Positions 38,491 to 52,520 of a stretch of DNA of 64,000 nt are shown piece by piece (the first letter of the stretch is position 1; each line of letters opens with the position of its first letter). The translations under genes and the position numbers were made by a program. Origin of the DNA: Mobula hypostoma (Eukaryota); contig NC_086097.1 of assembly GCF_963921235.1 (NCBI RefSeq), positions 69,378,001 through 69,442,000 of the forward strand, in the 5' to 3' direction. A model generated the notes under the pieces. That model worked only from the letters and a program-made list of their open reading frames with translations, had not been told where the DNA came from and ran no database searches.

Positions 38491-39752
38491 TGTGGTGAAT
38501 GTCTCCATCAATTGTTACCATGGGGGTTGTAGGGTGTTGCCTTAGTCTGAGAAACATTGTAACTTGGATATTTTACAGCAATGCAGCAGGAAGTATTCCA
38601 TCCAATACTTTTTCCCCACAAGGAGATAGAAAGTATTGCATATTTATGGTGTAAGTGGTATATGTGTGGATTCAGTTAGATTTTAAATTCAAGAACGTGA
38701 CCTTTCATGTACAATTTGTGATACTTTGAGGATTTGGAGCTGAATGTTGTATTTTGGGTGTGGTAGTTTGAGCGGGGGAGTATTTATTGACAAGTAGAAA
38801 GGTGAAGGTTAAATAAACAACTGGGTATTTTCAGGTTCTGAATATTTGTAACTTATATTTCAAAATATATGGCGATCCATAGTTGAGGCCCTTTAAAGTG
38901 TGAATTGAAACATAGTCGCCAATTTAAGCAAAAAAAAGTCGGTTTTAATATTTATCAATAAAGAGCTAAATGAATTTCGGTAGGATTTGCTTTTGGACTT
39001 GATTTGTGACATGCAAAATTCCCATGGGAATTGCTTAGTTTAATTTATTTGGAATGTCCTTTCAATGTTAATATATTTAACTTGATTTTGCATGTAAAGG
39101 CTAAAACTTCAATAACAGTAGGTTTCTTGGAGCAGAAATAATCCAGTCATATTCTGATCTATTTAAAGCATAAGGAGCCATTAAAACAATCCCATTAGAA
39201 TTCAACTTTAACTGTTTTACTTTCAATTTTTATAATTTCTACTTTCAATGAAATACTTATTTGTGAGAAATGCATTTCATTATCACTTTGATCTTTTTTG
39301 TCCAAAATTAAGTGACAGTTTCCCTTCCAATTGACATTTATTGATTTTTAATTTTAAAAAAATATCCTGCAGCAAACTGAACCATAGCCTCCAGTGCACC
39401 ATTTTGAGATTTATCTCAAGTTCATTACAAGCAATGTGCTTTGAATGATTTTTTTCTGATAATGTTTTCAGATACTGTAATTTTATTGTCATGTGTCATA
39501 TACTGTCATTACATTTGTTGAGGATGTTCAGATTTGAAGTTTAAAGCAATACTATAAAATGTTGCATGAAATAAATTTATGTAAAGCCTGTAAGTTAATT
39601 TTTGCCAAGAATATGAATAACCTTTGTGCAAGCCTTTTCCAAAACACCTTCTGTCAGCATTCACATTATCTTTGTACAAAGTATTAATTACTTATGGTAC
39701 TGGTCAACTGCAAACATTCCTTCCACGTTCAAAGAATATGTAAAAATTATTT

Positions 39753-39771
39753 TGGCCACCAGATGTCAGCA
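39753..39771 (+). promoter_or_regulatory. Candidate CTCF site
   Basis: TGGCCACCAGATGTCAGCA closely matches the CTCF core consensus, in non-repetitive intron 1 sequence. Confidence 0.45.
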
Positions 39772-40479
39772 GTGTATTTGTGCAAGCTGTAAGTGGCAGA
39801 AATCTCATTTGAGATGTGTTTCTTTTGTGCATTACCAATGGAGTTGGCAGATCCTGGACACGACATTATACCATGGTTTATCATAAATAATTAATAATTC
39901 CAGTTGTGTAGTGCTGCAACTGCAAAATTCGAAGTAAATGAGCCACTTTTTGAAAAATAAATTGACCTGCAATCGAGAGGCAAGCTGTTACAATTTCAAT
40001 ATGTGATGTTCCCATCAGGAAGATAAATTAGTTTGGGGAAAAAACATTCTTATTATGGCTGAAGAAAAAGAACTGCTTTCCACAGAATTTGACTTAATCC
40101 TATTGAAATAAGCACCTATAGCATACGTGCTATACGTGTAAACACCATCCTGACAGCTAAACTATGTTTCAGTGAAACCAATACTTGTATCGTTATTCAA
40201 TAAGCACTTTTTCTGCATTCTCTGTGACACTGCAATTTAAGTATCTTAATTAAAATACATAGCATTACATAGCAATATATTCAAGAATGTTTCAGCAGAT
40301 TTTCATCAGTGACATAAATGCAAATTAATTGAAGCCTTTACATGAGAATGATAAAACATGTCATTTATTAGAGTATAGTAAATAATGTAAAAATGTGAAA
40401 TTTGAAAGAATCAGTCTTCATATAAATCATATTTAAGTTATGAAAACAATTTTGAGCTGGAGTCATTGTGGGATTTATG

Positions 40480-40882
40480 GAACAAGTGTGGATTTTAAGG
40501 CCTGGAGTTTGGGATCCCGTCATTGGCAAGTCCTGGTGTTGGTACAGAAGATCAAAGCCCAAAGGTCGATCCAAAATCTGGAATTTGAGGCCCAATGTCT
40601 GAAGCCCTAGGTTTGTGAGTTTACGAATCCACTGAGGAAGTTGGAGGCCTTTAGTCTGTGATTCTGCAGGAGGCTCAGAGGGGCCTGTCCTGGGATGGGG
40701 GACTGTCCATGTGAATGGATGGGAGTGAGGAAAGGGGTTAGTTTTGCTGTTGCTTCTGTTGTTCTGCTGAACATTGTGGGCATGCTTTGTTGGTGCTGCA
40801 AAGTCTGCAGATATTGTTGGTTGTTAATGTATTTTACTGTAGATTTCAATGTACATGTGATAAATAAATGAATTTGAATCAA
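40480..40882 (+). mobile_element. Non-autonomous retroelement (family of 19700-20032)
   Basis: Shared body and tail gtacatgtgataaataaatgaatttgaatc. Confidence 0.55.
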
Positions 40883-41059
40883 GTGAATGGTCCAATATGT
40901 TATGACAGTTACTATTCACAGTGGTTGTTCTTTCATCTCTTAACCTTTTTTCTCTTCAGCTGCATCACTGAGCATGTACCTCTAGAAATGATACTGTGGA
41001 GTGAATACAGAGAGCTCACTTTATACTGATTTTAATGTTGGAATTTTTTGAATATGTTT

Positions 41060-44000
41060 AATCATAGCATGCAGAGCAGTACATTCTACATTGTTATGCC
41101 ATTCTAATTATATTAGTAATCACATGGCCAACTAAACTAATCCCTTCTGCCTGCACAATGTCCATACCTTCCATATCCTGAATATTCATGTGTATCTAAG
41201 AGTTCTTGAACGTACTTAATGTATTTGCCTCCATTACCACCATGACAGTGCATTCTAGGCATCTACTACTCACTGAAAAAAATGCTTTGCCCTCTTCTAT
41301 GAAATAGCTCAACCCTTGGGGAAAAAGATACTGGCTGCATACAATTTCTATGCTTCTCATATTCTTAGAGAGCTGTCAGCCTCTGCCACTCCAGAGAGGA
41401 CAGCCCAAGTTTGTGCAACCTCTCCTTGTACCATGTGCCCTCTTAACCAGGCAGCATTCTGATATACCTCTTCTGCACCCTCACCAAAGCCTCCATGTCC
41501 TTTCAGTAATGGGGTGACCAGAGATGAATGCAGTACTCCAGACGTGGCCTAACTAGAGTTTTGTAATGCTGGTACGTAACTTCCCAATCTAACTCAATTC
41601 CTCAAGTAATAAAGGCAAGCATGCCATATGCCTTCCTTTAGCACCCTTTCACTATCAAAGAGCTATGGAATCGGACCCTGAGATCACCCTGCATGTCACT
41701 ATTGAGGGTCTTGCCATTAACAATGTACTGTCTGTATGCATTTGACTTTCCAATGTGCAACACGATCACATTTAGCCGTGTTGTACTCTAGTGACATCTT
41801 TGCCCACATCTGCAACTGATCTATGTCCTGCTGTATCCTTTATCAGTTGTCTGCACTATCCACAACACATCAGTGTTCATAACATCTGCAAACTTTGTAA
41901 CCCACCCATCTACATTTTCATTCATCAACCACTGCTGTCAGTCTTGTCTATATCCTTCCAATACAAATGGCCAATTCTACGTGAATCCCATGCATCTTAA
42001 TCTTCTGAATGAGCCTCCCGAGGGACCTTGTCAAACGCCTTAGCAAAATCCACGTAGACATCATCCACAGCTGTGAATTTCCAGCCACTCGTAAATACTA
42101 TCCTTGAGAATTCTCCAGTAATTTACCTGCCACTGATGTGATACCTTCCGGTCTATAATTTCACAAGATTACACTTCTCTTGAATGTGGAATAACATTAG
42201 CTTCTCTGGGACTTCACCTGTGGCTAGAGAGGCCGCAAGGATGTCTTGCCTCTCTCAAATGGAGACTGACTTACCTTAACATTCTTTAAGAGACGCAACA
42301 CTTCATCCTTCTTAATTTTGGAATGTCCTTGTATATTCGCGCACTCCACAGTGATGTCTCTATCCTCCATGCCCTTCCCCTTTGTAAATACTGATGCAAA
42401 GTACTCACTTAGGATCTCACCGACATCCTCTGCCTTCTAACGCTCCCTCTTTTATCCTTAAATGTTCCTACCTGCTCCCTAGTTGTTCTCTTGCCTCTGA
42501 TGTATATGGAGAATGCCTTGGGATTCTCTTTAATCCTACTTGCAACAAACTTTTCATGGACCCCTCCTGGGTTTCCTAATACCCCTCCTTGGATTCTTTT
42601 CTGGTTCTTTATAATCCTCGAGAGCTCTGTTAGATTTTACCTTCCTAAACATTACATATGCTTCAGTTTTCTTCTTCACGAAATTCACCATCGCTCTGCA
42701 CATCCAAGATTTCCTACCCTTGCCATCCTTGTCCTTTTCTACTGTAATATATCTGTCCTGTACTCTGTGCAGCTGGTCTTCAATCAGTCTCCACATGTCA
42801 AATGTGTTGTCCAGAAACACCTGTTCCTAATTAACTCTCCTTATTTCCTGCCTAATACATAATTTAGCCTATTCCAATTTAGAACTATTCTGTAAGGTCC
42901 TTTCTTATCCTCATCTGTAACTATTTTAAAACATAAAGAGTTGTGATCACTGTTCTCAACTGTTCTCCCTCTGAAAGGCCAGTCACCTGGACAGGATCAT
43001 TACCCAACACCAGGTTCTGTGTGGCTACTCCTCTAGCTGGACCATCTACATTGGTTTTTTGGAAAAAAAAACCCTCCTGGATGCATCTAACAAATTCTGT
43101 TCCATCTCAGGAGATCCAATCTGTATGAGAGAAGTTAAAATCACCCACTACAACAGCCTTATTTTTTAGACCTTTCCCTAAACTGCCTGCATATCTGTTT
43201 CTCAAAATCTCGATGGCTGTTGGGTTTTATAGTGTAATCCAATTGGTGCGACTGCACCTTTCTTATTTTTGAGCTCTACCCATATGGACTCAGTGGGTGA
43301 GCACTCTTTGATGTTCCCTCTGAGCGCAGCTGTGATACTGACTGAGTAATAGTACAATTCCCCCCATGCTCCTTTACTGTTTTTTCTAAATCATCAAAAC
43401 CCGAGAGCATTCAGCACCCATTCACATTTCAATTTCGACAAAGCTTCTATTAAAACCACAGCATCATAGTTCCATATGCTGATCCATGCACTTACCCTTG
43501 ATACACACACTTAAATCCATCCTTCCCATTATGTCTCTTGCCTTGATCTTACATGTTTTTGCTGGTCAGGACGTCTACCTTCTCATTCACTCCACTTTCT
43601 GAGCCATTGCTCTGGTTCCCATCTCCCTCCTAACTATTTTAAAGTCCATGAGTAGCACCAGCGAATCTCCTAGCCAGGATATTGGTTCACCTAGTTCTGA
43701 TTCAAGTGCAATTGATTCCTCTTGTAAAGGTTGCTGCTGCCCCAGAAGAGGTTCGGGTGATAAAAGCATGTGAAAGCCTGTGTCAGTTCCTCAGCCACAT
43801 GTTCATTTGTTCTCTCTGTCTATTCTTGACATGCCATTCGGAATAATCCAAAGATTACCGCCTTTGAGGTCCTGCGTTTCAGCCTGTTTTCATAAGTCCC
43901 TATACCTATATCACTGATGCCAGTGTGTGCCATGGCCTCCGGCTGCTCGCCATCCACCTTCAAAATGTTCTGCAGCCACTCTGAGGATTCCTTGAATCTG

Positions 44001-44620
44001 GCACCTGGGAGGCAACAAATCATCCTGGCATTTCTTTCACAGCCACAGAATCTCCTTTATGAGCTCCTAACTACTGAGTCTCCTGTCACTATTTCTCTGT
44101 TTGTTTTGCCCTTCTCTGCTGAGCCTCAGAACTGGCCACAGTGCCACTGACCTTGCTGATATTGCTGTGCCTTCATAGTTCATTTCCTCCTCCCTCAAAC
44201 CCCCAGCAGTATCCATAGGGGTGTACCTGTTGCTCTGAGGAATGGTCGCAGAGGGATCCTGCACTGTTTGCCTCTCCTGGTGGCCACCCAACTACGTAGC
44301 CTGTGATCACCTCAGTAAAACTCTGTAATGCTCGCTGTCAGCATCCTAGATGATCTTAAGTACATTAAGCTCTATTTTCTTCCTACAGTCAGTCAGGAGC
44401 TGCACCTGGGTGCAATTCCTACAGATGAAGTCATCAGGAATGCCAGCAGTCTCCCTAATCTCCCACATCCTGCAAGGAAGTGTACCACTGCCCAAACTGA
44501 CATCCCAGCTGTTATAATAGGAACAATAATTCTAAGGAAAACTTTACCTGCACCTACCTGCTCAGCCTCCTCCCACTGAACAAAGCTTCCTAAACTAAAG
44601 CCTTCAGCTCTTGCTCTCGA
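41060..44620 (-). mobile_element. Near full-length decayed CR1 LINE
   Basis: ORF1 ICCLPGARFKESSEWLQNILK..GISDIG; ORF2 remnants similar to 32270-35160. Confidence 0.82.
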
Positions 44621-45004
44621 CCATGGCCATTCCACGAAAGTCTGCTTCCATTTTGTACCTACAAAAAGAAGAGCTGAACAAACTGAAAAATAACTTTTGA
44701 AAAAAGCTGCTGGCTTCTCCCTTCTGCTCCTCTGACTGCTGCAAATAAACAAATGAACTTAACTGAAGTACAATCCTTCAGCAAACATAAAATTTTCTTG
44801 ATTCCTTTTGTCTTTATATAGTCATCACATTCTTCATTGAGGGAAAATACTTATGGTATAGTGACTTGAGTCAGGGATTACAATTTGAATAGCATGGATT
44901 TTGTTTTAATATGCAGACTGTTTATAGCAAGTAATGATACATGTGTGAGCTTTTAAAGGAGAGGTGGTTAGGATTGAAAGCATGACATCAGTTTCTGTGG
45001 TCAC

Positions 45005-45330
45005 TTTGAAGAGAGATTGGAAATTAACTTTATTAGCCACATGTGCATTGAAATATTGAAGCATGCAGTGAAATGCATTGTTTTGCCACAGCAACCAACA
45101 CAGTCTGAGGATTGAGTTGGAGCAGCCCACAAGTGTCACCGTGCTTCTGGCATTGACGTAGCATGCTCACAACTCATGAAGCCTAACCATATGCTGTTGG
45201 AATGGAGGAGGAAGCCCACGTGGTCAAGGAGTGGGTGTACAAACTCTTTACAGGAAGTGGTGGGAATCGAACTTTAATTAGTGGTCACTGGTCCTGTAAA
45301 ACAACAGTGCTAATTGCCACCATGCCATTC
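45005..45330 (-). mobile_element. tRNA-derived V-SINE, near full length
   Basis: - strand 5' ggcatggtggcaattagc (A-box-like), GTTCGATTCC B-box, decayed V core, common 3' tail. Confidence 0.7.
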
Positions 45331-45519
45331 ATGGGAGTAAATCCTCTGACAGCACCAGTTAAATTTCTCTATGCAGTTAACAGACATGTCAGTCGATACT
45401 GAAAATATTTATTCTAGGACTACATCAAAACAATGAAATGCTTACTCTGTGCTTTTTGTAGTTCGCTATTATGAGCAATATTTGGGTTATTTATTGGAGG
45501 ATTCAATATTTTTGTAAAA

Positions 45520-45876
45520 AAGGTGTATAAAATGATGAGAGGCATTGATCGGGTGGATAGTCAGAGGCTTTTTCCCAGGGCTGAAATGGCTAACACGAGA
45601 GGGCACGGTTTTAAGGTGCTTGGAAATAGGTACAGAGGAGATGTCAGGGGTAAGTTTTTTATGCAGACAGTGGTGAGTGCATGGAATGGGCTGCCAGTGA
45701 CAGTGGTGGAGGCGGATATGATAGGGTCTTTAAAGAGACTCCTGGATAGGCTCATGGAGCTTAGAAAAATAGAGGCCTCTGGGTAAACCTAGGTAATTTC
45801 TAAAGTAAGTACATGTTTGGCATAGCATTGTGGGCTGAAGGACCTGTATTTTGCTGTAGTTTTTCTATGTTTCTAA
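45520..45876 (+). mobile_element. CR1 3' end (young)
   Basis: VYKMMRGIDRVDSQRLFPRAEMANTRGHGFKV..VVSAWNGLP; tail tttctatgtttcta. Confidence 0.88.
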
Positions 45877-46107
45877 AGCTGCCTGGTTTCAAACAATAGG
45901 ATCTTAACAGTTTTCAGGTAATTTGTCATTTTAAGCAGGTGAATGAATTTGTGGGTAAATCCTGAGTTGCTGTTGGCAAAAATTCTTTTAATTTTATATA
46001 AATATAAATATCTTGGGTTATATTTATATTTAGAACAATTTAATGTTAATGAAATTGCAATGCTTTATAGAACATTGTTATCCTTAAAATTAATTATAAC
46101 TGAAATG

Positions 46108-47582
46108 CAGTGATTCCGGTTAATTTGGCCATTGGTTAATCAGCGCAGCTGCTAATAATAGAGAAAATAACTAAGATTCCCTTAATTTATTTGGGACACT
46201 ATGCTGCTTATTTGGGGCACAAGACTGTTGTCAAACAGGTTCCAATTAGCATCAGTTATACGCACTTGTGTGGTCATTAGATGCTATAGTGAGCTTAAAG
46301 AGAACAGTTTTTAAATAGTGTCAGTTATGTGTGTGTTCAAAAAGCAATGATTTTTGACGCTAATAGTTGGCGAGAAATAAGCAGCAAGACAATTCAGAAC
46401 TGTTTCACTCACTGTGGTTTCAAGCATTCAAGCTTGAAGATACCAGAAATGGCCAGGAGTGAAAATGAAATGATTTCACTACTTCAACGAGGTAAGAACT
46501 ACAAGAAATTTGAAGGTATCAACAATGATCTTTAATGTTGCAACAAAAATGAATATTTGGAGGATGCAATCATCGTTGGCATTGTATGAAGGCAGTCCAT
46601 TACCTGCACGAGGTGTCTGTGCTGATTTTGTTCATTGTGTTCAGTGGATGAAATCTTCTGTCGATAACTATTAAAAACTAATACAGTTTTATAGTACTGT
46701 GGTGCTATTGGTAGTGTTCTAATTTGTCCTGTTTTAATTTAATCCAATTCAATTGAAGTTTAATTGTCATCCAACCAGGCATGAGTACTCATGAATGCAG
46801 CCAAATGAGGCAGCGTTACAATGGGGTCAAGGTGCTTAAACAGTCACACACAGAACACATTCACAGAATAAGAGTCCTGATATAGCACCCCCCCCAATCC
46901 AACCTTCACCTCACCCCACAACCCAATGGCTTGATGCCCAGTCCTCACACATACAAACCCATATAGAATATCAGTAAAGTCCAATGAAGCAGTGTATGTG
47001 TGTATATAATCTAGGCCCCCCAGCCCTCCGATATCATCACTCAACTGGCCCCGACACCTGCTAGGTGATACTGTAGCTTAGAGACCCAGTCTTTGCATAT
47101 ACAGGCACATATAGAATATTAATTAAAAGCGCAACCTCACAAAATATACACGTATGTAGTCCAGACCCCTCTAATTAAAATCTTCAGTCGACCACAACTG
47201 CGCTGCGCTGCCCCAGGTAGAGCGCGATAGCTTGGACGCCTCTCCCCGGAGCCTGAAGAGCAAGTGACCCCACAGCTTGAGGCCCGAGTCCATTGAGAGC
47301 CACCAAAGATTCTGCAGTCGACCACAACGTGGCTTGTCTTCTGCCAAGCAAAACCCATATGAGGGCACATAAGTAAATACATAATTTTTTATGTATTTAT
47401 GTACAGGTATCGATTATAACCAACGTTATAATGACAAACTCTGTCATCTTCTTAAGGGATGATGCCTAGGTATGTCATATACGCCGAGAAAGTACTACGT
47501 CCTTTTTCATGTCCAGGAAACTTTGGCTAATTGGGCCAAAGTATACTGATCCCAATGTGTCCCAATTAGCTGGAATCCACTG
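46108..47582 (+). mobile_element. Tigger/pogo-like deleted DNA transposon with nested insertions (46741-47385 retroelement on -, 47400-47510 Penelope-like piece)
   Basis: Inverted termini cagtgattccggttaatt / aattagctggaatccactg; NSWREISSKTIQNCFTHCGF resembles the pogo DDE C-terminus. Confidence 0.7.
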
Positions 47583-47669
47583 TTAGATTTTTGTTGCCAC
47601 AACTAAATTTCTTGGCACAATTTGAATAGCTTCCAAACAAATTTGTGGTGTGTTCTAGTTTTAGTTTTG

Positions 47670-48250
47670 ATGGGAAGGTCAGGAGGTTACATTACAATTT
47701 TATAAAACTGGTTAGGCCACATCTGGAGTATTGTGTACAGTTCTGGTTGCTCTGCTATAGGAAGGATGTTGAGGCTTTGGAGAGTGTGCAGAAGAGGTTC
47801 ACCAGATGCTCCCTGGTTTAGAGGGCATGTTCTATTAACTGGATAAACTTGGATTGTGTTCTCTGGAGTGCCAGAACCTGCTAGAGGTTTACAAGATTAT
47901 GAGAGGCATAGATAGAATAGACAGAGAATATCTGTTTCCCAGGGCTGAAATATCTAATACCAGAGGGCGTGCATTGAAGGTGAGAGGCAGTAGGTTCAAA
48001 GGGGATGTGAGGGGTAAGTTTTCTTACTCAGGGTGGTGGATGCCTGGAATGCGCTGCCTGGTATGGTGGTAGAGGCAAGCACATCAGAGGCTTTTAAGAG
48101 ACGCTTGGATAGGCACGTGGATGTAAGGAAGATGGAGGGATATGGACATAGTGTAGCTGGGAAGGATTAGTGTTGGAGCATTTTTAATTTGCTCATTAGC
48201 TAGATTGGCACAATGTTGTGGGCTGAATGGCCTCTTCCTGTGCTGTACTC
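47670..48250 (+). mobile_element. CR1 3' end (same subfamily as 34600-35160)
   Basis: VYKIMRGIDRIDREYLFPRAEISNTRGRALKV; long near-identical stretches shared with 34600-35160. Confidence 0.85.
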
Positions 48251-48799
48251 TTCTTGTGTTCCAGGAACAGCTTAACATGGGCCTCTTGAACAAAGAAACT
48301 TAGTTTGGTGGGTTGTTGATTTTTGAACTGCATTCCTGAAATAAGGTTAAATGAATGAATAATGTCCATTTTTCAATGGCACTTTGATTTCCTGTGTTGC
48401 TAAGGAAATTTTTTGCAGCCTAATTATTAACGTCTACTTTGACCCCAGTCTTTAAAAGGCTCGTTTGGAGTTGATAGAGAAACATCCCCTCCAAGAAAAA
48501 AAATGGATTAATATATTTCATAAATGTTTGTATAATGGTATCTTAAACAGCATTAACAATAATAGTCCAGAGGAAAAGCAGAGAGAAAAATCAATAGTTT
48601 AATGCAGGATTCAGTCTTGTAATCCACTGAACAATTGATCTCAGACTTGCAAATGTTCCTCAATTAACCGCGCATCTCTGAGATGAAATTATTTTGTTAA
48701 CAATTATACTTTGTGGTCTTAAATAAAATTACAACTTCAAATAACACAATGTATTTCATTGCAGTAGCGCACAGGTGGTTAAGGTGACACATGGGATGC

Positions 48800-49335
48800 C
48801 TTTGAGCAAGGAAATGATGATTAAACCATGCAAAACATGATTTAAACTACAGCTGGAATACTGGTCACTACACAAAAGGAAGGATGTAATTGCATAAGAA
48901 AGAGAACACAGGAGATTCACCTGGGATACTGCCCAGGATGGGAGATTTCAGCTATAAAATGAGACTGCATAGCTGGGTTTGTTTTGTTGCCATCAGAGTG
49001 GAGAAGGCTGAGTGAGGAACTTTAGAACTATACAATATTGCAGGGGTAAAGATAGTGTGCATTGTGATAAACTTTTGCCTTTGAGTAGATGTGCCATAAC
49101 AAGGAGGCACAGTAGTAGATTTAGAGAGTAGGATTTGGGGAAGGATATTTTTCTACCAGTTGAAATCTGGAACACAGTGTCTGAGGTGGAAACAAGTACT
49201 GTAACAACATTTAAGAAGTATTTATGAATGCTTTAAAAGTGGCGTAGTAAGCTACAGCTGAGTGCTGGAAAATGATGCTAGTTCTGAGGGATAGTTGATA
49301 TCTGACATGTCTGTTTGAGCCTGTTTCTATGTTAA
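48800..49335 (+). mobile_element. Decayed CR1 3' end
   Basis: ggagattcacc..ggagaaggctgag..atttaagaagtattt motifs. Confidence 0.55.
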
Positions 49336-49765
49336 TGACTAGCTTTTAGTATTTGTTTTTAAAATAGCACTGTAATTCAATTTTGGCCTTGAGAAATGGT
49401 GTTATATGAAAAACTAGTACAAAAATGTTCCTCCCATTTGAACATTGGGGAAATTGCTAAAATCTGAATTTGATTCTCCTATACAACAAACTCATTCAAG
49501 CTTTGTTCAATCTCAGAGATGTAGTCCCTATTCAATATAACTTTGTTGTTGCATGCTTTTGTTACTTTCCATTTCAAGATTAATTAACTAACTTTATCTG
49601 TCGAAGTGTCTTCTTATTGATTTACTGTTGAACCAGAAAATATGGTAGTCCCAGACGATTAATGAATTGTTTTCTTGTGTTTGTGTTGCAGCAATTGAAA
49701 GAATGCTGATGTTTTCAATTCTCCTTCTGCACTTTATAAAGTTTCAGTGAGCACTTGAAGAATAG

Positions 49766-49930
<165 letters not shown>

Positions 49931-50304
49931 TAAACACGTCCTTGTTTGTGTAATGCCATTTTCTGAATATTTTGGTAAAAGTGTTTTATGGAAAGAGAAA
50001 ATTTTGGTTATCCAAAAACTTTGAGATCATGAGAATATTCCAAAACATAGGAACTAATTTGCAACCTCTAATCTGAAGGGTGTTAAGATTTTGCTGTAAT
50101 CAGTTTTTATAGAAGTTAGTTAAGAGTGGAATGTTGATTATTGCACTAGGAATTCTGGATGGGTGCAAGTAAGGTGTCTTGAGGAAAATGGGGTTATTAA
50201 ACAGTGAGTAAGTCTAGAAAGGTCTGTGTTAAAATAGTTTAAGCCCAGCAATGTGCCTATCAAATCTCTCCTGTCCCTGTAACTGTCAAAATGCTTTTTT
50301 CAAC

Positions 50305-50890
50305 AATACAAGAGATTCTGCAGTTGCTGGAAATCCAGATGAACAAGCACAACATGCTGGAGGAACTTAGCAGGTTAGGCAGCATTTATGAAGAGGAATG
50401 AACTGTCAATGTTTTGGACCAACGCCTTCATCAGGACTGGAAGGAAGCCAAAATAAGAAGATGGTCTGGGGCGGGGGGGAAGGTGTGCAAGCTGGAAAGT
50501 GGTAAGGAAAGCTAGATGAGGTGATAGGTGGAAAAGGTAATGGGCTGAAAAAGAAAGAATCTGTTCAGAGAGGAGATTGGATCGTGGGAGAAAGGGAAGG
50601 AGGTAGGACACCAGAGGGAGGTGATAGGCAAGTGAGGAGAAGAAAATGGGTAAGAAGGGAGCCAGAATGGGGAATAAAAGAAAGGAGGAGGGGCGGGGTG
50701 GAATTACCAGAAGTTAGAGTGATTGATGTTTATGCCATCAGGTTGGAAGCTACCAGATGGAACTTGAGTACAGCTCATCATGATAGTAGAGGAGGCCATG
50801 GACTGACATGCTAGAATAGGAATGGGACATGGCATTAAAACAGGTGGCCACTGGGAAATCCCGCCTTTTGTGGAGCAAAGGTGCTTTTTC
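50305..50890 (-). mobile_element. Penelope-like 3' fragment with decayed hammerhead motif (~50405-50440)
   Basis: Homologous to 28132-28620; - strand AGTC-CTGATGA-AGG..CC-aAAA-C. Confidence 0.75.
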
Positions 50891-50949
50891 AACACCTTGA
50901 TTGTACCACCTCATCTGGCAGTTTGTTCTATACATCAGTCAGTTCTGTA

Positions 50950-52520
50950 GGAAAATCTTATCACTCAGATTTCCTTTAAGTATTTCCTCTCTCACCTTAA
51001 ACCAATATCTTCTATTTGGGAAAAGACTGTGACTATCTACCCTATATATGCCCTATAAACCTTTCCAAGATCACTTCTCAGATTCCTTTGTACAACTGCA
51101 ACATATTGTCTCAACTTGGGTATTCATTGCATTTGCCTATAAAGGCAAACATACCAAATGCTTTTTTCACTACCCCATCCACCTATGCTTCACTTTCAGA
51201 GAGCTGTGGACTTGGACCCAATGAGTGCCCGAAGGTCTATTTGTATATCCTTCTGTTATTGTATATCCTTCCAGAATTTAACTTCCTAAACAATCGTACT
51301 TTTTTGCTGTTATCTACAATCCTTATCAATTACTGTGTTGTGTGCAGACTTACTCCTACATTACAAAGAACTAAGTTTCCAGCATTGATCCCTGTAGTGC
51401 ACCACTTGTTACAGATTGCCATTTTGAGAAGCACCCATCCACCACAGCCATTTGCCTCCTTTCACCCAGCCAATTTTGGATCCAGTTCTTTAACACACCT
51501 CAGATCCCTTGTGCCTTGTCAACATCCATATAGACAAAGGCTGTGGGCCTGCAGTCATTAATTTTCTTGTTTATCTTTTCAAAATATCCAGTTAGATTTG
51601 TGAGAGATGATCTGCACAAAATCATGCAGACTTCTAATCAGTCTTTGTCTTTGCAAGTGAACATAAATCCCATCCATGAGAATTTTCATCAACAGTAACT
51701 GATTTAAGGCTCACGTATCGTGACTGCCCTTTTTGAACAAAGACACAACCTCTCAGTTTCTGGGACCTCATTAGTGAAGGTATAATAATCTCCGTCAGAG
51801 CCACATCAATCTCCTTCCTCACTTCCCTTGGCATTCTAGGATGTTTCCTGTCTGGACCTGGGAAGTTATTCACTGCAATGTGCTCCAATGCCACTAGCAC
51901 ATTCCTGATTTACAGTACTATACAAAAGCCTTAGGCACATATACTGTATATGTCTAGGCTGCCTAAGACATTTGCACAGTACCAAATAATACTTAATACT
52001 ACTGAGCTAACACAAAGTACTCTTAGCTCTGTTTCCCAACCACCTTCCTATTTCAACCAACATATATTATTGTGTAAGTCTTGGGCACAGTAATGTACAC
52101 ATGCTCTGGAATATCATCACATCCCTCCCATAACATTACAGCTTCGCTACCCTTCTTCCTGGTGAATACTAACTTAGGATCGCACTTTATCTTTAAAGAT
52201 CAGTGTGGTAATCATTAAGGAAAAGAACATGTAAGGTGGTGAGTTCAGGAAAGAGAACTGTGATATCTTGAAGCATATCAACTTGACAAATGTTGTCTTG
52301 AAGTAAATCAAAGTAAATCGATCCCTGGGTCTTACCGGAGGTATTCTAGTACATTGTGGGAAGAAAAGGAGATTACTGGGGCCCTGGCAGAGATTTCTGT
52401 TTCTTCATTAGCTGCAGGTAATGTACTAGAAGATGATTGATGTTGGTCCGTTATTTAAGAATGATTGCATGAACACGTCGGGGACTGACAAGCCAGTGAG
52501 CCTTTCAACATTGGTGGAAG
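50950..52520. mobile_element. Decayed CR1 fragments in both orientations
   Basis: PGPDRKHPRMPRE (KSPGPDGIHPR-like) on -; similar motif on + near 52320. Confidence 0.5.
51913..51982. mobile_element. ~70-bp Tc1-type MITE remnant
   Basis: Inverted termini gtactatacaaaagccttaggca / tgcctaagacatttgcacagtac, preceded by TA. Confidence 0.6.
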
